A stretch of DNA of 64,000 nucleotides, from contig OZ287755.1 of assembly GCA_965649765.1 (NCBI GenBank), positions 3,410,001 through 3,474,000 on the forward strand. The letters are read 5' to 3'. Made by a program: the position numbers and the translations under genes. The notes under the pieces are model-generated. The model was given only the letters and a program-made list of their open reading frames with translations. It had not been told where the DNA came from and ran no database searches. This DNA is from Bispira polyomma. Its lineage: Eukaryota. Shown one piece after another: positions 1 through 13,000 of this stretch; positions within the stretch are counted from its first letter, which is position 1, and each line of letters begins with the position of its first letter.

Positions 1-1255
1 TCTTTGTTATGGTGCTGTTCCACTATCACAAACGGTCGGGGAGAGGCCCCAGGTGTGCGATCGTGAGCATTATTTGGCATTTCCTACTGCATTGTTTTGA
101 AAAAAGGGGGGGGGGGGAAATGCGTCACCACGATCTGTAAGATAAGTCATCTGACCGCCCTGATAAGTCATTAGCATTACGATCAATCGACCCAATTTGT
201 ATTCACGATCACATTTTTTTGCTCCCGACCTCCCTGATTGCTAAAGATAAGTTGTTGGAACTACTTATGATCCAAAAGATTTGTCTTAAGGGTGTTACAA
301 TTCAGCAGATGAACACTAAGATAAGTAGGCCAATGGAACAGCTGATCAAAATCTAAATCTTTGTAATAACAATCGGCAATCCAGAAGCATCAGTAGTACA
401 AGCTACAAACCCAGATGCAATACCAGATGAAACCACCCAACTTTGTACCTCAACAGCAACTGGTTGATTGACTGGTCCTCTATTTTCTCCTTCAGTTCGG
501 ATCTCTTAATAATCTAGGCATCCGATCATGAGCCTCTTGCGGTACGACTGGAGATCTTATAGCTTAGCCTTGCCCTTCATCTTCTGGCCACCTGAGCCTG
601 AGGCTAAGGCTATACAGTCAGTGATTCTCTTTGCCTTCTTAATCGTCTTATCCTGCCTTTGATGTCCATTATAACCATCAGTTGTGCTTGCATGTAGGTA
701 ATTACAGCTTTAAGTCCATTTGCTAGATCTGTTATTCTTTGTGGAATCATGTTGGTCACTTGACTTCTGAATTAAAACAGCCTGGATTCAAGTTTAAACC
801 CTCCTTTATATAGCGTTTGATGGAAGTGGTAACCGCCGATTGTTATTACCAAGATTTGGATCTGGATCAGCTGTTCCATTGGCCGACTTATCTTGATGTT
901 CATCTGCTGGATCGTAACACTGTGAAGACCTATCTTTTGGATCATAAGTAGTTCCAACAACTTATCTATAGCAATCAGGGAGGTCGGGAGAAAAAATGTG
1001 ATCGTGAATACAAATTGGGTCGATTGATCATAATGCTAACGACTTATCAGGACGGTCAGATGACTTATCTTCCCGGCCTTTTTTTTAAAACATTGTGGGA
1101 AATGCCAAAAAATGCTCACGATCGCATGCCTGGGGCCTCTCCCCAACCGTTTGTGATGGTGGAACAGCACCATAACAAAGATGCCAAACAACCTATGATG
1201 ATTTTCACATCGCAGGCCTTTGCAAAGTGGTCGGACCTGCTGTGTGACTGGCCCT
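1..1255. mobile_element. Long-TIR non-autonomous DNA transposon, PIF/Harbinger-like; left end lies outside the window
   Basis: 1-377 is an imperfect reverse complement of 835-1181. The right arm continues to ...TGTGTGACTGGCCCT (1255) followed by TTA, matching a Harbinger-type terminus and TAA/TTA target site. The spacer has a minus-strand TATA box (804-812) and an ATG (750). Confidence 0.7.
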
Positions 1256-1269
1256 TTAGATAATGTTTG

Positions 1270-1790
1270 AGTAGCCCAATATTGTGTGTTTGTGGACCAA
1301 GACCATGCTACAGGAGCCTAATACAATGTATCTAGCCAAAAATCATGTTTCAGTAGCTTACGACCATATCAAATAAGCCTAGGATCTTCTTTCAGCAGCA
1401 TAAGACCATGTCTGAGTGGCTGAAGACCATATGGCAGTAGCCTAATATTATGTTTCAGTAGTCTAAGACCATGTCACAGTAGCCTAAGACAATGTAGCAC
1501 CAGCTTTAGACCATATGGGACTGGACCAAGACTAGGTCACCGTAGCCTGAGACCATGCATCTTTAGCCTATGATTATATTTCAGTAGCCTACTGCAATGC
1601 CCTGCAGCCTCAGATGTTTTAGTAGCCTGATACAATGTGTCAGTATGTTCAAACCATGTGACAGTAGCCTAAGATAATGTCACACCAACCTAAGAGCATG
1701 TCAGTAACATAAGACCATATCACACCAATCTAAGACCATGACGTATGCACATCCCGCCTAAGACAATGCAACACTAGCCTAAACAAGTCT
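1270..1790. repeat. Degenerate ~21-bp minisatellite (consensus ~AGTAGCCTAAGACCATGTCAC)
   Basis: The motif agcctaagaccatg recurs at about 21-bp spacing across the interval. Confidence 0.85.
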
Positions 1791-1952
1791 TTAGTAATCC
1801 GTTATAATAAATTGTTATAACGGATTACTAAATTGTTATAACAATTTAATTAAATCGTTAAAACAATTTAAAAAAACTGCTATTTTAAATTGTTATAACG
1901 ATTTAGGAATCCGTTATACCGATTTAATTAAATTGTTATAACGATTTAATTG
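1791..1952. repeat. Palindromic/tandem GTTATAAC repeat cluster (MITE-like remnant)
   Basis: Perfect 17-bp inverted arms TTAGTAATCCGTTATAA/TTATAACGGATTACTAA at 1791-1831, followed by ~20-bp AATTGTTATAACGATTT units. Confidence 0.75.
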
Positions 1953-2569
1953 GCGGCAGGAGAGCTTCGTACTAAGACATTGTTTAACAAAAATATAAAA
2001 TCAGGTACTTTTATCAGATATGCAATTATTATTATGAATTTTTAAAAATTCATATACAAACCCGATAGTTAATCAAGAAGTATATATTGCTCTCTAATTG
2101 CTAGTATATATCTGTTTTTGGGGTAAACTAATCCATGTCCCCTTAACATACAACAAATATTATATAAACCAAACTGTCTCTTGAAATGCCCACACACATA
2201 AATACATAGTAGCTCGTTTGGAGATTGTGTGTATTTGTTTGTACCATATACATATGTACATAGCATTGGTGACACAATTGACACAATACACAAACAGCCA
2301 CTTGAAAATATTAACCACACACAGTACTGGAGGCGAGTACTAAATAATCTAGTTTAGTAGTACTATAGTCATAAAAAGTAATACCATTTAGATTCATCAC
2401 TAATACGTACACAACATGAAATGACTGATATCAAAATATCCTAATATCGTACATAAGTAGCACTTTCACACAGAGCTGTAAGTGTATGTTATCTATACTA
2501 ATATATTTAACCAATGGAGTATATGTTAGTTAAGTGTAATTAAATTCACATCCATGTAATTTATTATAG

Positions 2570-2589
2570 ACACACACACACACACACAC
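2570..2589. repeat. (CA)n microsatellite
   Basis: Read directly from the sequence. Confidence 0.9.
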
Positions 2590-2634
2590 GTAAAAACAAA
2601 AAAAGATTACTAAAAGCACTTACTAAAAAGATAA

Positions 2635-2885
2635 AGATAAAGACCAAGTGGCACTACATTGTGTAAACTTAAGTACCATAAGGTGTTTATCCATTATAAA
2701 ACCCAACCCAACTAAAACAACATTTTTGAATAAAAAGTGAAATTAAATCAAGAAAACTTCTTCAAATATTTACTTTATTAAAAGTAGATAAATCTACCAC
2801 TACATTATTTTCTAATGCTACATTATTAGAAAATATTGCAGTGACAGTTCAATGACAACACATACCGCTTGGGTTTTATATATAA
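2635..2885 (+). repeat. Dispersed repeat, copy 1 (related to 27125-27490)
   Basis: Shares CCAAGTGGCACTACATT..GTAAACTT, AAAACCCAACCCAAC, CCACTACAT and CATACCGC blocks in the same order as the 27 kb copy. Confidence 0.75.
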
Positions 2886-3599
2886 ATAAAGTACATGACA
2901 TTAAAAGAGGGAAAACTGAACAAGATGATTATCCCCCCCCCCCCCCCGCCTAGAAACCGTTCAAGCAGAACAGGAAGGTGACATTATTAGTACTTTTCAC
3001 ATTATGATAGAGGAAATAATGCCAGGAAGAAATTACTAAACAAATATCTGAACAAATTTACAGAAAAATAAAAGACCTGATTGATGAACTAAAATGTGAA
3101 GGGGCAACTCTGATTGACCACTCGGAAAACTACGCCATGAATGTATATTGATGACCATCACAATACACCAATTAAGTGCCAAGGTAGAACAACTGCCCTT
3201 AGAAATTGATCAGTTGAAAGCCTCCACCTCAACAACAGATACAGACCCCTGAAAATTGCTGATGTCATTGTGGTTGTTAGCGGCCCACTCATATATCAAC
3301 AGGAAACCCCAGTATTAATTGTTTACAATTGAATTTAACATTATTAAAAAGTCCAGCACAATATTCAGACAAGGCAACAAGTGCAAATTCAAAAGGCTGT
3401 TAGACTTCCAAACAGAATCATTTCTAACCCCAAAAATTCAAATTCCGAATTACTAGAAAACACAAATATGCTGTTATATTAATGTATGTACACTTTATTT
3501 TATTCAAAGTCATTATCTGTGCTACATTTCTTACTTCATAGATATACAGCCATTTTGTAGGAAGTATAAACTCCAATCCCAGAAGACCTCACTGCTGGA

Positions 3600-4065
3600 A
3601 ATAATGCTACATCCTAAATATCGGAGCAGTCGCCAACTCTTCCAGGGAATAGACATCTATTAACAGTGATTTAGCCACATTGATGTTAGTGACAATTGAT
3701 TTATGATTCTTTATTTGAAAAAGGTTAAGAATTCTCCCTCCTGTGTTTTATATTATTTGGATTAGTTTAGGTTCTTATTTACAAACATTGGATCAGGGTG
3801 TTTTTCCCAAAAATTTGTTTTACGATTAACAATCAGTTCGGATGACAGAAGATCATTCCTCATGGCTTACGTGATGATTTTATGATATTTTTGAAAAGTG
3901 ACAGCATCAGTGGCGTTTACTCTGTGGGGTTTGAGGTTGAGATTAAAACTAATTGAGAAATGATCTGAAAAGGCTTCTGTGGCATGGACATTAGATATAT
4001 TCTCATTTGTAGATTTAGTGAGTAGCAAGTCGATGATATGTCCATGGATATGAGTTGGAAAATTC
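3600..4065 (-). mobile_element. L2/CR1 LINE fragment, C-terminal end of the APE endonuclease
   Basis: Minus strand translates to NFPTHIHGHIIDLLLTK...AFSDHFSISF, matching the PTHxxGxxLDL...SDH motifs. Confidence 0.75.
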
Positions 4066-5444
4066 CTCTTTTGATGCGTAATGACTGAACCATAATTTCA
4101 ATTTACTGAAAATTTTAGTCATTGAATGTAATGACTATTGGTTTTAGTCATTATGCGAAAAGACAGAAAGTATTAGTCATTACGTGTAATGGCTGGTTTC
4201 ACAGATTGACGGTAAGATATATATTCAAGAAGTAAAAAGATGCATTTTTAGAACAAATTTTGATGAAGAGGTTCTGAAATGAGGAGTAGCTATTTTCAAA
4301 AGTGAGGCTTTGTTTGACTGGCACAGACATGCCAAGAAAACTCACAGAGACACAAATATTCGGGAATTCGTAAATATAATTTCAAGAACTCCCTACCAGT
4401 TCCGAAAGCTACTTGTTACTTTCCAAAGACCTCTGGCTAGATAAGAATAACATGTTAGCGCATGCGCAAACAACGTTAAAAACTTTTTTTTATTTGACTC
4501 CTTTAAAACCATCAATTGAAAACATTGTGTCATGATTAGTCTTAGCAGAACGTTTTCACTTTTTGGGGCCAAATGCACCCCATAATGTTTTGCCAAGAAA
4601 AGCTATATGTGTTAAACCTATATTATAATATAACGTACAATTCACGATCGATCTAAAAGTCACATTTGACCTAAAATGTATTATCTTGGAAGAAACATGG
4701 CGAAATTTGCCATCCTTGAAATTTAAAAGCCAAATCAATTAAAAAGTGGCCAACAAATAACTGGAATTGAAGTGAGGAAGGCAAAATAATCACAAAAATA
4801 TCAATTTTAATAATTAAAATTTCACAAATAAAGTGTCACAAATTTAATAATCAATTTTGACCCACAATTCTACAGAAGTAGGATGTTATTTCTTGTAATC
4901 TAGTTTAACAAAAGATATACCAATTGAAATAATGAACAAAATTTCACAAATAAAGTGTCACATTCATGAATGGGTACACATCATGGCCATTCCCAACCCT
5001 GTTACACGCCTCTGTTTATTTATTTATTCATATAAATCGTGCTCAATGCGCATAAACTAATACCACACAGTTTTGTTGAAAAAAAAAAACAAAGAATAAC
5101 AATTTTTTTTACACCGTACACAAATAATTAATCATACGATTGATATAAGTTGGTACAGTCGTTATCTCTAATAAAAAATATATTGTTTAAGTTTCTAACT
5201 TACCGATAAAATCCGCTTCAATTGTACAAATTATTGTTTCAATTATCCAGACACTGTTTGTGTCTACTTGGTTGCAAAGATACTGTAGCCTTTGTACACT
5301 TTAAAGCACGACACATGACATTAACATTGCTGCTTTAAAGTTAGATATACTACCTTTTATTACCAAAGTCACGCCTAATAGAATAAGTGGATCAGGTATC
5401 ACATTCCATTTGATAATTAGCAGCCTGTGTATGTCTGTATGATT

Positions 5445-5955
5445 GGATGTCGGACAAAAAGTAACCAGACTAAAAGAAACCAGACAAAAAGTATTTGGCC
5501 AAAAAGTCTTATTTCTGGGACAAAAAGGTACAGGAATTTTGTTTTTGAAAAAAAAAGATGTATAAACATAAAACAAGCACACATGGTATAAAAGTTTACA
5601 TTCCTGAGTTAGTTATAATTTTGAAAGACGATTTTTTCTTGTATAATCTTTTTACAGTCTTGCAGTAATCCAATTGCTTCTTTAAATGGCTTTATCCTGA
5701 ATTTCCTAGAACACATTTGTGAAGGAGTATTTGGATTGAACTATGCTCAGGTTATTTTAAGATCCAATCAGTTACTGTAGTATCTATTAAAAATACACTC
5801 ACACTGAGGAATTTTACAATTATGACTATACACAGGGCTATATGAAGAATCATATGAAGGGCAGGGATATACTTTTTGTCCTGGCAGTGAGACTTTTTGC
5901 CCAAATACCTTGTTGTCTGGTTTCTTTTTGTCCGGTTTATTTTTGTCCATATACC
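5445..5955. mobile_element. MITE with ~85-bp imperfect TIRs built of GGACAAAA subrepeats
   Basis: 5445-5531 is an imperfect reverse complement of ~5868-5955. TCTGTAT occurs on both flanks and may be a decayed TSD. Confidence 0.7.
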
Positions 5956-7559
5956 CATCTGTATATATTCGGACAGGCAAGTCTGTGTTTGTTATGTAGG
6001 ATTATCATTGTTGTACTCAATAGACACTTGAACCAGTTCAAATTAGCAATAGGGCTTAGTCAAGGTTTGATATTTTCGATTTAATGGTATTATTTAGAGG
6101 GAGAGAGTTTATTGATTAATGTTATTAGAAGGTTAGAGAGAATTGATATGTATTATTAGAAATAATTAATATGTATTCCAAAATACTGTGCTACGTTTTT
6201 AGGATAAACTAGTCTCTCTATCCTTATTTGCGTCTCTATACTCCAATACTGATACAGTATTATGCATGACATGGTGTCAGTTAGTGGTCACATTTATATA
6301 TTTTATAAATGTTAAGTCATATAATCGTAACAAAGATTGTGCAAGGAAATGGTAAAATATATATCACATCATCTTTGTTGAGTTTTAGTTTTTTATTATG
6401 TGTATTAGAGATGCGACATACATATTTAACACACAAGGCAAGGTCAATCATCTCCGTTGTGTCTATTTATAGGTCCCGTTTTTAGATGTGTGAACTAACG
6501 AAACCTCCACTTCTTTAATGTGTGGCTTTATCTGTGCAACGTATACCTCTTGAATCAAAAGACTGAACTATTAACAGCTCGTCTCTGACGTCATATTTTA
6601 TATACACCATCACTGTACGTTATTTCTTCATATATGCTGGACCAATACCATTATTATGTCACAACAGAAAGTTTTCTCTTTGGTATTTGTTTACAGATAG
6701 AACGTTCTATATATTTGTCTTGAGGTTGTATAACGTCACCAAACAAAAATCTGTGAAGTTGGTTGTTTTCATCAATCTGTGACAAAACAATATAGGCTTA
6801 AATTGTGTAGGCATATATAAAAATAGTTTAAAACATCATTATAGAATCGTTTTAAGGCTTTCATAGTTTACATATAGGTTAAAATTATATTCTGTAGGTG
6901 TAATGTGATTTTTCGTGGAAGCATTTAAGAGTTTATGGTACTATAAACCTTTAATAAATTAAATATTATTCTTGGTAATAGTGTATTAAGTAATGTTGAG
7001 TTGGTTAACATTAGTTTATTTGTTGTTATATGAATTGTTTGCACAACAAGCAGTAACCTGTCAGGATTTCTGGTAGTTTTCAGGTTTTTATTTCATCTAA
7101 CAATAATAATTATGTTCCGTGAGTGTTATGGTTTTTAGCAGCAATTCGTTAATCATCCTACAAAATCACATTATTGTACTAATAGTGACACCTGCAAACA
7201 CATATAATACATGCAATATAGATTACCTAAAACAGTCAGCCCAACATAACCTGGGCATATGAGGCACTGCCACATATTTCACTTGACAACACATATACAA
7301 AATATATTAAAATATACAATTTACATAGTTTTCAAGTAACACTTTACATCAGGCCAAATACAAGTTCACAGAACATTCAGAAACATTTGCATATAGATAA
7401 ATTAGGTGCAATAGTGCCGTAGGTCATTTTACTAGTTTAATACATTGTTAATTGATTACAGCTTAAAAATTGAAAACACATTTCCTAATGTGAGGATATT
7501 CGTACTATATAGTCCTTAATGAAGTAAATATTTTATTTCTTCATTAAAATGTTTAGCTA

Positions 7560-7800
7560 TTTCATTATCTTCTCAAGAGTTCCATTCAATGTATTTAGCA
7601 TTCATTTTCTAAAAGTATCAGAGTTTGGTGGTCGTTACAGTAAAAATACAAAACGAATTTCGTCTTCAATAATATTATCTAGGTCACATAATTCATAGCC
7701 TCTGTTTTAGAAGAGTACACATTATATGGCACACTTCTAAGGAAAACCTTAGTAAATACATCTATTATCGACGTGCCTTAACTTTTATGGAAATGTACTT
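7560..7800 (-). mobile_element. Old LINE 3' end fragment (C-terminal Cys/His motif)
   Basis: Minus strand reads ...ELCDLDNIIEDEIRFVF, resembling the CxLC...EDExHF motif. Heavily decayed. Confidence 0.4.
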
Positions 7801-8079
7801 CAAGGACAACAAATCTGACAGACGTCACTTGTCACATGACCCAGAATACTCTCTCTGTGTAGTCACCGTTAAGGTATTAGGAAACAAAAAGAAATAAACC
7901 CTGGACATCGTAAAAGGACTTAGGAGTTTTGAATACATAATACAAAATTATAATACTAGTATTCACAACTAGATAAATGCTTTAGTATGAATTGCAGGAC
8001 ACTGTAAGATATTATTTTATCTGAAACAGTCAAGTTTGCATCCGGCGTGAAAAAAAAAAATATTAAACCAAAAAGAAAA

Positions 8080-9145
8080 TTAACTTATGGCAGACATCGA
8101 AGCACTAGATAAGTTTTAACATGTACATAATTAAAAACCTTTACAACATAAAAAGAAGGAACTACAAGAATTAGGGAAAAAACTTTAAAGGTATCTATAT
8201 TAGATCTAGAGTACAATGGCTAAAATAGGGTGAGAAACCATCTAAATGTTTCTGTTCTTTGGAACACTGATACTATCTCGAAAAAACCATAAAGCGCATT
8301 GTAAAACCTAATGGTGAAAATTTGACAGATCAAAAGAGAATTCTTGCATAAATAAAAGATTTTTATCAGAGGCTGACAAATTTCTCTTTGAACCAAGTTT
8401 CAATGATGCTTAATTGAAAAACAATGTTACAAAACTGTCATTAAAGAATCTGCAAAACTCGAAGGCCCTCTAAATATCAATAAATTGAGTATTGCATTAA
8501 AAGAAATAAAAATTGGTAAATGTCCTGGCAATGATAGATTTCCATATGAATTTTTCAAAGTATTTTGGAGTAAAATAAAATATTTTGTTCTTAGAGCTTT
8601 AAACTATGCTTATAAATTTTCGAAATGTCAACATCATTATGACAATGTATTATGAACTGTTTACCAAAAGGTAATAAACCAAGATTCTTAAAGAATTGGC
8701 GACCTATTTCTCTGTTATCTGTTATTTGCAAAATTGGTTTAGTGTCATCGCTAATAGAATAAAAAAATACCTTTGGAAAATAATTTCTGTCAATCAGCCA
8801 GGATTTGTAATTGGTCGATATATCGGAAATACCACTCGCTTAATATACGATTTATTGTATTATACAGAGCAAAATAATATTCCTGGACTTTTAGTGCTCA
8901 TAAACTTTGAAAAAGCATTTGATTCTGTTTTTTGGAAATGTTTAGACTCTGTTCTGAACTTGCTTGGTTTTTTGTCCTAGTATGCTAAGCTGGATACAAA
9001 CGTTCAATAAAAATATTAGGGCAGCTGTTATGCAATGCAGGGTTCTGTCATATCAGTTGAAAAGGAAAATAACAGTGATAAAAACTTTAATGCTACTCAA
9101 ATTAAATCATCTTTTTATTTCCTTACCAAACCATGATACAACAGA
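8080..9145 (+). mobile_element. Tx1/L1-clade LINE ORF2 fragment (linker plus RT N-terminus), pseudogenised
   Basis: KGIYIRSRVQW..GEKPSK, KCPGND, NWRPISLL, NQPGFVIGRYIG and LINFEKAFDSV motifs; many stops and frameshifts. Confidence 0.9.
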
Positions 9146-9326
9146 GTGTACCTCTCGACAGGGAACCTTCACACTCACTCTTTAATGAGTTCAACCAGGA
9201 CCACGGGCTCAACAATTACCCACCTCGGTTCACTTAGCAAACTCACACGAGAGGACTGCCACAACTTCCTGCTGACAGTTATGGGCCAGATTTCACTCAA
9301 CATGCACTACAGGACGCCATACTGCC

Positions 9327-10055
9327 CACCCCCCAGATGTACTGAAGCAGTCATCACTTATTCAAAATGAGGTATCCTAACGCCTGGCTAGGTATGAAGC
9401 TTGGGTAGCAGATGAAAGCCTACAAGGTTGGCTTTCAACCAAATGAAAGTCAGGGCGATATAACGTCTCGCAAGTTTGCTTTACAGACCTAATGAAATGG
9501 TGGCCGAACGAGCCATGTTCATGTGGAGTAAACAAGAAACGGGTATCTTTTGATGAATTAACAGTTTCTCAATTTGCTGCCGGTCAGTTAAAAAACATTC
9601 TAGAAGTAAAGAACCCAACCATCTCGCGTGTAATGCTCGTACAGCTAGCTGATATCCTCAAGGATGCCTCTAACATCTCATGGCAGATTGCTATGGGCTC
9701 ATATGCATGTAATATGCATGACGTGGAGGACGGTCGCTTGAGTTGGCTGAATGAGACTAAGTGGACCATGAACAGGTTATCTTTTTCCCAAGCTTTAATT
9801 TCTAACAGCACTTCTTCCAATTCTTCTACAGGCAACACCCCCACCACGTCTTCCAACGGAAAGTACGAAATGCCTTGTCGCCATTACCAGAAAAATCAAT
9901 GCCAACACCAGAAGGACCATGAGGGGACAAATGTTATCTTTAAGCACATCTGTGCAAAGTGCTTCTGTGTTGACAAAAAATCAAACCCTCACCCAGAGAC
10001 TAAGTGCTTCAAGATTCACAGATGCTCTAGTGCTCCCTCAAATGTGCCCCAATAG
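9327..10055 (+). pseudogene. Gag-like ORF of copy A with a C-terminal CCCH/CCHC-type zinc finger
   Basis: The frame of ORF 9492-10055 extends upstream through two stops (PDVLKQSSLIQNEVS*RL...KSGRY). It is homologous to the gag ORFs at 20132 and 55753. Confidence 0.85.
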
Positions 10056-13000
10056 GGTCTCGGACTGCAGACAGCCTCCACTGCTAGTTACGTTTATGCA
10101 AATACGGATGATGACAGAAACGAGAGTGTGAGTTATATGAACAAAAAGTTAAGTTATAGACATGATAGGACAAATTGTAGGGAGAACAATAATGAGAAAA
10201 CATATTTAACAGACGTTTTGAGCTTCAGTGATAGTGAATTTTTAGGAGACTGTTCTTGTGATACCAGTACTATAGCTGGACAAGCCAGTGTTAGTTGTAA
10301 ACAGGAGTTGTTATACAACTCTGATAATGTATTTCTTATTCACAATGGCAGTAATAATTTTGTATTTAATTCGTTCATTGTTGATATGTATCAGAGTTAT
10401 AGTTATTTTAGTTCTAATGTTTTATGTTACTATATAGCTTGTCATAGCCATGCATAAATTTCAGGTGTGTACAATTGGGTCTATAAGTCAGAGCAGTGGT
10501 TATTAAAAAGGTCTGCTTTGATATTAGACCAAATATGGCCTGTCTTGTATGTGGACACTGTGGGCATGCCAGTCCTTATGACTAGAAAGTTCTCCTTACC
10601 TAACTTACCAAAACCAAAATAGCAAAAAACCATACACACACACGTGTTAACATAGGTAGTACTCGTTATTACACAGACACGATTGGTATTATGTGTCAAG
10701 ACATTTCACAAACATTTACACACAGATAGCTCAATCAGAAACCATTCCAAAAAGTCCAGAACTTAGTCAGGCCAGTCACACTGCACACACCCTCACTCAC
10801 TACACACAAGGAGTTATGTTAGACCACATAATGACATAAGACTTATTAGTAGATGAGGACACATATGAAGACATACTGACTTCCAGTGACAGGGCTTGTG
10901 GCTTTATTACACACAGCAGAAACAACTTAAAGTTTATAGGACCCGATTCTTATGATAAACTAGCAGAAGTATCAGACATTGTAAAGGCAACAAAGGTAGC
11001 AAATTATAAGCAAGCAAGAATCCCAATTAAGAGTGATCTTATAGTGAAAAACTGGAAAAATATTTAATTGACTACCCTGACAAGATTGTTCTACAATACG
11101 TTGAATTTGGGTTTAACATTTCACTTGGGGATAGAGACAGATTGAGGGTGACTAACCATAAAAACCATTATTCAGCAAAAGCCTTTCCTGAAGCTATAAA
11201 TAAACATTTTGTCAAAGAAGTGCAAAGAGGCACCTTAGTGGGTCCCATAGAAGGAGACCTTCACCCCGACCTTCACTGTTAACCATTACTGACAGTACCT
11301 AAGGACACTGATCAACGTCGGTTAGTACTGAATTTATCACATCCCCTGGGTAAGTCAGTAAATGACTGCACCATTAAAACAAAATATGATAATATGGACT
11401 TCAGCTTAAGGCCACCCACTATTGATCAGATCACTTCACATATTGTTGAATTAGGACTTAACGCAACCTTAGCAAAGGTGGACGTGGCTCACGCATTTCG
11501 TAACTTAAGGATTGACTGCTTAAAATTAGGTAATGTATGGAACAATAGTCACTACATTGATCTTAGCCTTACTTTTGGCCTAACTCATGGCACCACGGCC
11601 TTTATGATGATTTCTGATTGTATTACTTACATTATGAAACAGAAAGGCTACACAGTTTATAACTACATTGACGATTTTGTCCTGTAGAATCAAAAGATAA
11701 GGCAGTCTTAACTTATGACACATTACAAGAAAGTTTGACAGATTTAGGTCTACTCATCAACGCGAAAAAACTAGTCCCTCCAAGTAAACGGGTTACTTTT
11801 ATGGGAATCACTATAGATATCGACCAAGAAACTCTCAGCATTGACCCACGACAAACTAGTTTCTATAACTGACACATGTACCGAATTCCAATACTTACGA
11901 AAAGTACGTAAACAGAAGTACCAGTTACTTAGCAAACTCTTGTTTATAGACCGTTGTATAACCCCTTTTTTACGTTTTGTAAGGCAATTCAATTGCACCA
12001 CAAAATGTGTTGTTACAAGTTGACGCTTGCTTGTCAACACCCCCACCACGTCTTCCAACGGAAAGTACGAAATGCCTTGTCGCCATTACCAGAAAAATCA
12101 ATGCCAACACCAGAAGGACCATGAGGGGACAAATGTTATCTTTAAGCACATCTGTGCAAAGTGCTTCTGTGTTGACAAAAAATCAAACCCTCACCCAGAG
12201 ACTAAGTGCTTCAAGATTCACAGATGCTCTAGTGCTCCCTCAAATGTGCCCCAATAGGGTCTCGGACTGCAGACAGCCTCCACTGCTAGTTACGTTTATG
12301 CAAATACGGATGATGACAGAAACGAGAGTGTGAGTTATATGAACAAAAAGTTAAGTTATAGACATGATAGGACAAATTGTAGGGAGAACAATAATGAGAA
12401 AACATATTTAACAGACGTTTTGAGCTTCAGTGATAGTGAATTTTTAGGAGACTGTTCTTGTGATACCAGTACTATAGCTGGACAAGCCAGTGTTAGTTGT
12501 AAACAGGAGTTGTTATACAACTCTGATAATGTATTTCTTATTCACAATGGCAGTAATAATTTTGTATTTAATTCGTTCATTGTTGATATGTATCAGAGTT
12601 ATAGTTATTTTAGTTCTAATGTTTTATGTTACTATATAGCTTGTCATAGCCATGCATAAATTTCAGGTGTGTACAATTGGGTCTATAAGTCAGAGCAGTG
12701 GTTATTAAAAAGGTCTGCTTTGATATTAGACCAAATATGGCCTGTCTTGTATGTGGACACTGTGGGCATGCCAGTCCTTATGACTAGAAAGTTCTCCTTA
12801 CCTAACTTACCAAAACCAAAATAGCAAAAAACCATACACACACACGTGTTAACATAGGTAGTACTCGTTATTACACAGACACGATTGGTATTATGTGTCA
12901 AGACATTTCACAAACATTTACACACAGATAGCTCAATCAGAAACCATTCCAAAAAGTCCAGAACTTAGTCAGGCCAGTCACACTGCACACACCCTCACTC

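Noticed and set aside
4078-4600. TAATGACT/AGTCATTA repeats plus a possible transposase remnant
   Set aside because: No second terminus or recognisable protein motif could be established.
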